Source: Mytilus trossulus
Taxonomy: Eukaryota
Length of the DNA stretch: 64,000 bases
Assembly (NCBI RefSeq): GCF_036588685.1
Contig: NC_086381.1
Coordinates: 24,180,001-24,244,000, forward strand
Direction of reading: 5' to 3'
The position numbers were made by a program, and so were the translations under genes. Shown piece after piece: positions 11,591-21,600 of this stretch (position 1 is the stretch's first letter; each line of letters starts with the position of its first letter). Under the pieces are notes generated by a model. That model made no database searches and was not told the origin of the DNA. It saw only the letters and a program-made list of their open reading frames with translations.

Positions 11591-12340
11591 TCATAAGTGA
11601 CCTATACTTTCTATTGCTCTACTCTCAGCTTTGTTATATGCTTCAAGTTCAACTGCCAACCGTATAGCATCGTTAAGACCTTTTGGACGAGACTGTTTAA
11701 TTCTCAATCTCATTTCAGAGTCTACTAACGCATCTATAAATTGTTCTTTGGCGAGCGTGTCTCTTAATTCTAACGGAGCAGTCGGGTATGCCAGATTAGA
11801 AAGTCTTCGAACTGACTGACCTAACCCCGGCAAAGTGTCACTTGCTTTTTGTCGATATTCCTTGAATTGTACACGATACAGTTCAGTTTGACAAGATGGA
11901 GCAAAGCGTTCCTCCAATGCATATACTAGGTCTGAAAATATTTGTCTCTTTTCCTTTGGTAAATCACCAAGGACTGCTTGAGCCTTTCCAACCAGTGACA
12001 CGGCCAAGTACAAACCTTTCTGGTATTCAGACCACATATTAACAAGTGTACACATCTCAAAGTGTGCTAAGTAATCTATCCAAGGAGTATTGCCATCATA
12101 TTTTGAAGGTTTGATTTTCAAATCATTCGAACCAGAGCAAACAGTATGAGCAGTACTTTGATTTTTCGTTAATTCCTGCTTATGATTGAAATATCTATCT
12201 TTATCTTTAACAACCATTGGACGTACACCCTGCTCTTTAGGTGTAGATGATATAAAACCTTGTCCATGTTGTATTGTGCTTTCACTAAGAGACTGTATTT
12301 GTCTACTTATTTCTGCAATCTGATCGTCAATATTTGACAT
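11591..12340 (-). CDS. Gypsy Gag (capsid region)
   Basis: KPSKYDGNTPWIDYLAHFE...LAVSLVGKAQAVL...LEERF...RQKASDTL...LAYP...AKEQFIDAL; ends at one in-frame TGA 57 nt before the next ORF. Confidence 0.9.
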   Translation of the reverse strand: MSNIDDQIAEISRQIQSLSESTIQHGQGFISSTPKEQGVRPMVVKDKDRYFNHKQELTKNQSTAHTVCSGSNDLKIKPSKYDGNTPWIDYLAHFEMCTLVNMWSEYQKGLYLAVSLVGKAQAVLGDLPKEKRQIFSDLVYALEERFAPSCQTELYRVQFKEYRQKASDTLPGLGQSVRRLSNLAYPTAPLELRDTLAKEQFIDALVDSEMRLRIKQSRPKGLNDAIRLAVELEAYNKAESRAIESIGHL

Positions 12341-12521
12341 ATTTATTACAGTACAGTGTAATCAAAATAATACAATTTTTATTAAATTATACACTCGTGT
12401 TACAACTCAGCCGTGACTAATAACTATGCCTCACGGTTGATCCGCTTTAATCTTTCAAATCAATACTGAAAACACATTAAATGACGACCAATCAATCCAA
12501 AAATTAATTGATAGACAACTT

Positions 12522-12543
12522 GAATCCCAACCGCTAGCCACCA
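12522..12543 (-). promoter_or_regulatory. Primer-binding site, tRNA-Leu-like
   Basis: TGGTGGCTAGCGGTTGGGATTC 4 nt inside the 5' LTR; matches the complement of a tRNA-Leu 3' end (TGGTGGCAGCGGTGGGATTC) with two single-base insertions. Confidence 0.75.
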
Positions 12544-12547
12544 AATA

Positions 12548-14257
12548 TGTAACGTGTAACCAGGCGTTTATATCCAAAACGTCCGTTCCAGTCAATACTT
12601 GGATCCAAGTTGTCCACAAAAAATACGGTAATGCTAAAAACTACAACTATCTAAATTATGCACATTGAACTAAAATATACACACTGACTCTTTGTCGAAA
12701 TAAAGTAACAACAGACAAATATATATACAAATATAATTCAATAAACCAGCCTGTCCTCAAGATGGAACGATGTGTCACTTATAGACAGTATAGCTGGTAC
12801 AGCTTGTCCTCCGAATGGGACAGTCTGTCAATACAAAACAGAGAGGTCTGATACAACTTGTCCTCCGAGTGGGACAACCTGTCACTATCAGACAGTGCGG
12901 TCTGGAACAACTTGTCCTCCGTGTGGGACAACCTGTCACTACCAGACAGTACGGGCTGGTACAGCCTGTCCTCCGAGTGGGACAGTCTGCTATGTCGATC
13001 CTGTCAACGTGTACGTCCACTCTGTACCCAGTACGAAGTGTCCTCTGAATATCAAGGCTCTTCTAGCACTTAAGTATGGCTCCACCTAAGAATCATGCAG
13101 AGGGTGATACAGTGATAGTTGTCAAAATGACTTTTTTGGGCTTCATATGTTCTATTTTGATGAGAAATTAAAAAAAATAACAATAACACATGTGTTGGAC
13201 ATGTGGTTGCTATGGTTACGATGGCACCATAACAACCCTTTAATTTCAGTCCTAAAACCACAAAATTTTCTGTTTTTCATCACAGATTTTTTTATAAACT
13301 GCTAATTAATTTGGCTAAAACAAATATGTGTTATCATAGTTTCACATTTGTTCTAAAAATTAAAGTTGATAAACCGAAGTTGCAACTATGGCAACTCTTG
13401 TTTCCATGGCAACCAATCGTTGCAGTTTTTCATTTTCTCAAAAGGAATGAAAATTATGTTTTTCAAATTCTATTTTCTTCCAAGAGCAGGGTCCTATTGA
13501 TAATCTGTTTGTTTGCATTTGTTCATTTGACCTTTGTCTATAACATATCAAAAATAATCATTTGTAGCCTCCTTTAGATTTTTCAGAAAAAAAAGTTTTT
13601 TTTGTCTCATTTTTTTTTTTTTGCATTTTTTTTTTTTTGCATTTTTTTTTTTACAATATGCTAAATTATTTTCATGTATTTATAGCACAATTCATTTGAT
13701 TGTGTCTTTTTTGCATGTATAACACCTAAATATTGAAACAAAGTAAAGAAACCAGTTACTTATTTATCATTTTCCTCAAATCAAGCTACCAGTTGCCATG
13801 GAAACAGAACACAGCGATTTTGAGAATTACACATTTTTGATAAATGTTTGCTTTAACATGATAAAATTTTTCTCCACGTTATACATTGTAACATCAAATT
13901 ATTCAAAATAATGAAATAAAGTTGAGAAGGAAATTTGGTCGTCATGGAAAATAAAATATATATCCGACGTACGCTCAGTTGATGGATGACAGCTCATCGA
14001 CAGTCAACCGACAGCCTCGTTTCTCATTCTCTTATATACCAGTGGTCGATACCACTATTTCCCTGATAGGGGTGTTCTCTATATGTTCCCGATACCGAAC
14101 ACAAGAGTACCTCTCAAACACCCCCATACCGATGGACCCAACCACTGACTCTCCCGCCAAACGTCCAAATCTACACAACGCTTCCTTATACATGAAATAA
14201 GCATATCTTCAACAAGATTATCTATGTTTGTTACCTTAACAACCAATAAACATTACA
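12548..14257 (-). repeat. 5' LTR, interrupted by an ~880-bp insertion
   Basis: 12548-13073 and 13957-14257 match the other LTR. Confidence 0.95.
13074..13956. mobile_element. Insertion at a TTAA site in the 5' LTR; probable truncated DNA-transposon derivative rich in GTTNCCATGGNAAC motifs
   Basis: Absent from the 3' LTR (ctagcacttaa|tatatatccg). Left junction follows TTAA; the right end lacks a matching TIR and TTAA. Confidence 0.75.
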
Positions 14258-14547
14258 ATAGTAGACTCTCGAAATGTCGCCATTTTGATTTGATGAACAA
14301 AAACTTTATAGAAAAATCAACAGTTTATCAATAAAAAAAGAACAGAAACATTTTCACTTACTTTTAGAATGTTTTTATTTAATTTCCTAGCGAGCAACAC
14401 CAACAAAAATGTCCATTTGGATATCTGGCGTTGCTTTTAAAATTCATCTGACGTTGCAATTTCAATTGTGACGTCAATCACGTGCAGCCCATGTTCTATT
14501 AGAACATGGCTTTGTACCCAAAGCTATAGAAGAACGTCATATTAGAA

Positions 14548-14781
14548 CTGTAAATTTGCTTTCGCAAATTTTTGGTTCTTCCCTCGCCGGGATTCGAACC
14601 CATGCTTCTGTGATATCGTGACACCAAATCGCCTGCACTGCAGCCGTCCCGCTGGACCACAAGACCACCTTGGCTCTACAAAAATAGAGCTTTCGCTGGC
14701 CGTGTGTTACCTTTTCACGTCAGTTTTAATCTAGCGGCGTACTGCAGTACATGATATTTAAGGCATGAAGATGTTATTGTA
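14548..14781 (-). mobile_element. tRNA-derived SINE-like element, 5' part with Pol III A/B boxes
   Basis: On the - strand: A-box-like TGGTCTTGTGG (14667-14657) and B-box GGTTCGAATCC (14600-14590); no proper cloverleaf acceptor stem. Confidence 0.7.
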
Positions 14782-14784
14782 TAT

Positions 14785-14987
14785 TTATCACTATTTTGTG
14801 CATGTTTCCTTTGATCTTTTTTGTGATAATTTTTCAAATCATGCTTCTCACTTGAGATGGAAAAATATCGCTAGAAACTAAGCAGGCACGTGGCGTTGCT
14901 AACGAAATTGACATGAAATTGACCACGTCGTCATAGGTAAAATAGCGATAAACAGATTATCATTGGTCATCTCAACGATAATCTATA
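14785..14987. mobile_element. Small non-autonomous element remnant with inverted repeats
   Basis: tttatcactatttt (14785) / aaaatagcgataaa (14939) inverted pair, then agattatcattg...gataatct, which looks like a collapsed hairpin. Confidence 0.4.
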
Positions 14988-15654
14988 AATATCTTTATTT
15001 CTCAACAGACCTAATTGCATTGGTACAGAGCTTCCTGTTTGTCTATTTTAGTAGCAGTCCATGATATGAAGCAGATTTATAAATATATTTTTTTTATTTT
15101 AACAAGTGTGGACACAAACTAGTGTGGATAGTATGTTTGACTGTGTTTTCTGACAAAAAAATGGTTTTTATATTGACAGCCAACCTGTACCAAACACTAA
15201 AATTAACAGCACCTTTTATTTAATATTGAGTTTTAATGTCGAAATTGTCTTGGAGGATACACTACTTTAAATCAGTGCCGACCGTTCATAGATTTTATTT
15301 AGCTAGACATCGCTTTTCAAATCAAATCTACATTTTGTACATAATGACAAACGTACTATGAGTGCTTCATGTACATGTATATGATATGATTTAATTATAT
15401 ATACTAACCGGCTAACAGTGATTTTTTTGCTATGCTGTATGTATCCAAAGCTTCCTGTCAAACAATCTGAAACTGGGGTTTTGACTTAGGACACTTAATA
15501 CTCTTATTAGTGATTTTTCGACAGTTTATGAACTAAAATGTATATCGGAATGTATGAAATTTTGCATTCTATGCATATGTTTGTTTTTGATTGTTTAAAT
15601 GGTTATTAATCTCTCTGAGAAGTCTTTATAGTTAAAGAAATGTGTAATTAAAAA

Positions 15655-15942
15655 GAAAACATGCCTGTCCCTAGTCAGGAGCATGTTATTCAGTTGCTGT
15701 TATTAAATTTTGATGCTGTGTTATATATTTGTTTTTCGTTCATTTTTTGTACACTCATACGGCCCTTCGTTTCTCGTTTTAAATGTTTTATGTTTGTGAA
15801 TTCGGAGCCTTTCATAGCCGACTATGCGGTATATGGTTTGTTCATTGTTGAAGGTTAAATAGTGACCCATAGCTGTAAAATTCTGACGTTTTGTCTCTTG
15901 TGAAAAATTGTTTCATTGGCAATCATACCACATCTTTTTTTA
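15655..15942 (+). repeat. SINE-like dispersed repeat (gtcccaagtcaggagc core)
   Basis: Collinear with 43917-44190 through to cattggcaatcataccacatctt; further fragments at ~19800-19990 (inverted), 35540-35700, 44480-44625, 55075-55270 (inverted). Confidence 0.75.
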
Positions 15943-16552
15943 TTTATACTGGATATAGTGCGAAAAAAATCATTAAATTCTGTTTAAAAGAATTATCCTT
16001 GTAGTTCGGGATTTTTGTTATTTCAATTTGTATATATTGATTATTGTTAAAAATAACGTCCTTTGACAACAATATAACTCCAATAATTAGTATTTGAAAA
16101 TAAGCATCTTCGTGCATCTTTAAAGGGATAATGGATTTTTCACCAGGAATGGTATTTTGTTTGTGCATTATTACTGCATATTCGTTAAGAAACATGTGAA
16201 ATAATGCAGGAAGGAACATAAATCTTATCAATTTCTTCAAAACTTTCTTTTCAAGTAATTCAGAATGACGCACCTATAAAAAGTTCGTGTCTGTATTTAT
16301 ATTCTCTGATTGTAACATAAGGCACACTGCCTTTTCCTTTATAGTGTAGCAAACTTATGGCTATTTTGCTATCCGAAGCAACGTCATCATTCTGTTTGTT
16401 TGTTTGTTTACCAACTTTGAAGGTTGGGTATGATCTGGTTTACAACCAATAATTCCCCTGCTCATGAACTGTGCCCGCTATATTTACTTCCAAGCTGCCA
16501 ACGTTTCGTTACGAGAAAGAACTTAATACCCTACATGATAAGAAACGTTAGG

Positions 16553-16662
16553 TATATATATAAGAGTCACACGGTCTTATAATTCATGTCGTAATGTGCC
16601 GATCTTTTAATGATCTAGTGATTAAACGCATTAGTCCACGCTAAAAGGAAAATATACATAAG
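16553..16662 (+). promoter_or_regulatory. Possible TATA box and non-coding first exon of the DDC-like gene
   Basis: tatatataag at ~16553 and donor-like aag|gtaggc at 16662; the first coding exon has an acceptor (tttttgtcag|) at 18614, implying an upstream exon. Location is a guess. Confidence 0.3.
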
Positions 16663-18639
16663 GTAGGCTCTTCATATCTAAATAAACAAAAACACAAACA
16701 CAAATTTATACATAATTTTGGATTTTAACAATTACAGTCCAAAATTACAAAACGTGTGTTTCAATGTAGAGAATTACATACGAGTAACGACAAAACTAAA
16801 GGCGTTTTAATTGTGAACTGACAAAACAAAGAAAGCCTTATTTCGACCATCTGTATTCGAAAATCATGTTTAATTATTTGTCATAATTTTATATATTAAC
16901 CTGGGATGATTTCTTTTCCTTTTATATTAATATGTAACAAATCTGAAATTAAAATTAAGCACAAATTTTCAAAAAAAGAATCAATAATAAATTTTTATTT
17001 ATGAGTTACTTGGAGCTATCTGATATATTTTTGTTGTGTGGACATTTAGCATCCATGAATTTCAACAGGTTATACAAGTAGTAACTCTTATTTACTTATG
17101 ATTTGTGATAGAAGAAGACATTACATTTATATCTTATTTGTATACTTATATTTATAAATTAAAAAATAAAGTTATCATTGCATATTATACGAAGTTTGCA
17201 ATATGGCGAATCCCAATGCAGCAAGGAGGTCATATTACCTCATTGAATACAGTAAATAAATATATATCTTTATTTATATGTAAACATAAAATGTTAGTGA
17301 TTGAATAGGTTTCTAGGTCCCAAGTGTCATACCAACGGTTAAATCACATTGTGTGTATTTTTCCCCAGATTGATAAAAACCTGTCACGAACTCATAAAAA
17401 ACGATTTTGTTATTAATGCTTGTTTCATACGCAAAACTCAAAAATAATAAAATTCACACACTAGCTTTTCGTCCGATGATCTAGGTCGATTGGCATCATA
17501 TATCCACAAACAATCTTTATAAACATAAGAATCAATCATTCCAAATAATTTAAGAATATATTCTTATCAAACAAAGAATCTAAAGATATATGTATTATGT
17601 TATCATGGTTATATTAGAAAACAAAACAGTACTAATCTAAACTGTGAAGATAAATGGTTCGTAACACTGAACAAACATTTTGACTGGAAAAACGTGCATA
17701 ACACTTTATTGGTTCCAGTATAGAATAATACACAGGTATTGGGCACAAATAAATCTTCATTTAGAATAAAAATAAGAAAGCAACAGATGTACTTTCTGAA
17801 ATGAAGATCCTGACGATATTGATCAAATATTTTGGACCTGTTATGAAATAGCAGATCTGTGGACAATGGTGGATAAAACTCGGTTACTGGTTTTATAATC
17901 AAATATAAATAATTATTCCGTTTACATTGATATATTTTTATTTGGAAATTTAGGAAAAGCACAAAATGATAAAATAAAATGTTTAATAACATTATTATTA
18001 AAACTGTATGATATAGAACAAAACTGTATGATATTATCAAATAAATTTTGCAGGGCTCAAAATCATCTCAAAGAAAATCTTATATTAGAAAAGAATACAT
18101 TTTCTAAATCAAAGCTTCTTCACATTTCCAACCCCTGCTTGTTTAGTTCTTGTGTTCTGTCTATAACCACATGTACGCTTTTAATATCGGTTTTGTGTTT
18201 ATAAGAGTTTTTAACAATGGAAAACCAACTGTGCTAAATTTATCTAATGTTTATTTCAAAAGAAACATGCTTGTTTTGACCAAAAGACTGCTGCCAAAAA
18301 TCTTCTTTTCTTTTCTTTTTTTTTATGTTTTTGTTTTGTTTTACATTCATTTATCATTCTGTCTTCTGTCTTTTCTTTCCGTCTGAAATAAAATATTCTC
18401 TTTATTAAACAATTTGGAAATAATGGATACATTAAAATTTCATATATATTATATCATTTAGAAAACTAACAATTACTTACTTATTCTATCTAAATATACA
18501 AAAAAATAAAATCACAAAATACTGAACTCTGTGGAAACTAATCTTATGTTTAACGAGACCGGGGGAAAGGTACCGATACTTTCTGTATCTAACTAACAAA
18601 TTTCTTTTTGTCAGGAGTAGCTTACGACAGACAGACACC

Positions 18640-21600
18640 ATGGACGCCAAAGAGTTTAGAAAACGTGGACGAGAAATGGTAGATTACATCGCGGATTACC
18701 TCGAAAATATACGAGAACGTGACGTGGTTCACACCGTTTCTCCTGGATACCTTAAAGATCTCTTACCAGAAGAAGCACCTAAAGATCCAGAAAATTTTGA
18801 TGAAGTTTTCAAAGATATTGAACGAGTGATAATGCCCGGTGTATGTATTTCGTAGAAAGCTGCTCTTCTAACATTTGTTTTATAGCACATACAAGATACA
18901 TCTTTTATAGTTTAAAGAGAGATGTAACCTTTATTTGTTTCTCATCATTACGATGAATGTAGAAAGTGTATTTGTGTTTGTGTTTGTCTATTAATTTGCT
19001 CTATCCTAAATTAATGCGTTAGTTCGTAGACGTGTTGATTATCAAAGTGAGTTTAAGACATTGGTTAGTTACTGTTTCAAATTCCAGTGTTCCTGTTTTG
19101 AATTAACAATTAAATTTAGAAAAAATGATATCTTCTTTTATTTATTTTTCATTGAACAGTACTATAGAAGAAAGTTATTGAAATACATTATAATATAAGC
19201 CACTTACGATACATTCTATAAGAGAAGTCTAAGAAACGGCATACATGCTCATGTACTTGTGTTTCATCCGCTAAATTTATATTGCTGTAGTATGAAAGTT
19301 GGCATTCGATAATTATAATTGACAACTTTTGCAGGTAACGCATTGGCATAGTCCATATTTCCACGGATATTTTGCTCCTGGGAGTTCCTATCCATCCATT
19401 CTTGGTGACATGTTATCCGATGCTATTGGTTGTATTGGATTTTCTTGGGTAAGTTCTATATATCTTTAACATTTGTATGATTCATCTTAAATTTCTGGCA
19501 CATTCTTCTCTTCACTAAAACCAACCATATTTAGTTGCAATTCGTAGAGATAAAAAGATAATCGATGTGATCAAATTTAAAGAATGGACTGGTGCTCGGA
19601 ATATGGGAATAATCGAAGAAAAAACGATCCTATTTCGGAACATGCCACTGGCTTATTTTTAATCAAGACCGAAAACACATTGGCTTAAATGACTATAAAA
19701 ATAAATAGCATACGGTACCGCTTTATTCTATATCAAGATCTGAAAAAAGATGCTCATCTAACACCTATTTTTAAAATCTGACAAGACGGTAGTCATAAGG
19801 TAATCGTAGTATCTATGATGAGTTTATGTAGAACAAATGTGTGGCTCACATCTAACAGCAAGCTATTTAAGGTTTTCAAAATGACTAGTGTACAACAATT
19901 CAAACAGGGAAACCAATGGTCTATTTTTTTATAAAACGAGTGATGAGAAACACCTAAGAACCACACCAACAAACGGCTAACACTGAACAACAAAATATAA
20001 TCAGAAGTCCATCCTTTTTTTTTTTAGTTTATAATTTTTTTTTTCTTGTCTTTTAAAAATAAATGTTGAAAAAAATGTTATTTTGAAAACTATAAACATG
20101 TTTGCCTTTACAGGTGACAAGTCCTGCTTGTACAGAACTGGAAGTCGTCACCACAGACTGGCTCGGCAAAATGATAGGTCTGCCTGAAGAATTTCTACAC
20201 TGTACTGAAGGACCAGGGGGCGGAGTCATACAGGTCAGAACCATATTGAAGTTTTCTTGGCATTTATCTCTGATTGATTTTACCTTTCCTGCCTTAATAT
20301 TAACTTTTCTAGAAAATTATGAACCAATTATTATGAATATTCATATGCAGTTTAAGACACTTTTAATCTATTATTAAAAGAAAAAACATACAAAGGTAAA
20401 CAAAAGATACAATTACAGACACATGTACAAAATAATACAATGATTCTTAAGCAAAACCTATATTCATTTATTTATCAACTTTTCTTTATTTTTCGGGGTT
20501 TAAAGGGTTTGAGAAGTTTTTTACAGTGATCGTTTGTTTGTCAGCACTGAAATTAGCTTTTACTGAAATTGACAACACCAAAAATCAATTATCAAACTTT
20601 GTTTTTTAGTCCACAGCAAGTGAAACAGTCCTTTTATGTCTATTAGCAGCGAGAACCCGTATTGTTAATAAATACAAGAAAGAAAATCCAGAAATGAACG
20701 AAGTTGAGATCATGTCAAAACTTGTTGGTTACTGTTCTACACAGGTAAAATAATAACATTTCAAAATAAGATATAAAATAATAAACGATATTATGCAATG
20801 AATATCTGATACAACTCAAACTATCTATCAATTTGTTCTGAAATGTGAGGTTAAAAGCTAGGACAGCATTGTGATTTTGTACTTTTGCTTCTGTTTTTTT
20901 TTTGCAATCTTTACCAAAACAGTGGAAGAAAGCAACAAAGATACAAAATATTAATGTTCATAATGATAATTTCACATCTCATCAAACGGTGACTTTATAT
21001 ATATATATATATATATATTTTAGGCAAACTCGTCTGTTGAACGGTCTGGGCTGCTTGGAGCTGTACAAATGGTTAAGCTTATTCCTGACAGTAAACACAG
21101 CGTTCGAGGGGAGACGCTAAGACAAGCTATAAAACGGGATAAAGATAAAGGCAACATACCATTTTTTGTGAGTTATGTTACAAAGTTTATGAAATTTAAT
21201 GACAAGACAGAAAGTAAAACAAACGATAAAAAAGCGAATCGGTGTTAACACAAAAATAAAGGAAGAACGCAGTTATTGTTCTTTCAAAATTCACATGCTT
21301 TGATATTGTGACATTAATGCTCTATGTTTTATTCGTGCCTTTTTACAATCAGGGTTACATTTTGTAGCGAAACATTATATTGCGTCATAAATCAAGTGAT
21401 TTTTTTTTTGGGGGGGGGGGTGAAAGAAATGCTTTACGATTATGATTACTGTTGGTTGGAACCATTGTTCAGTTTCCTCTATTGTTAATTTACCCTTCCG
21501 GAGCACCTGAGATCACCCATAGTTTTTGGTGGGGTTCGTGTTGGTTATTCTTTAGTTTTCTATGTTGTGTCATGTGTACTATTGTTTTTCTGTTTGTCTT

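Larger units (their letters stand above)
9286..14257 (-). mobile_element. Young non-autonomous Gypsy/Ty3-type LTR retrotransposon
   Basis: TG...CA LTRs at 9286-10120 and 12548-14257 (the latter interrupted). 4-bp TSD ATAG at 9282-9285 and 14258-14261. PBS and PPT on the - strand; gag-protease coding region between. Confidence 0.95.
9072..14547. mobile_element. Non-autonomous element with a long terminal hairpin (Crypton-like architecture), split by the LTR retrotransposon; own sequence 9072-9281 + 14262-14547
   Basis: ~75-bp arms 9075-9148 / 9161-9235 form a near-perfect inverted repeat around a 12-nt loop. Termini taagaa...ttagaa; no TIR or classical TSD. Family assignment is inference. Confidence 0.55.

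Noticed and set aside
14575-14670. Functional tRNA gene
   Set aside because: Has A/B boxes but no proper acceptor-stem pairing and an overlong interior; better explained as a tRNA-derived repeat.
15944-18386. ORFs 15944-16273, 17609-18040, 18150-18386
   Set aside because: Low-complexity F/L/I/K-rich translations typical of AT-rich non-coding DNA; no motifs or splice support.
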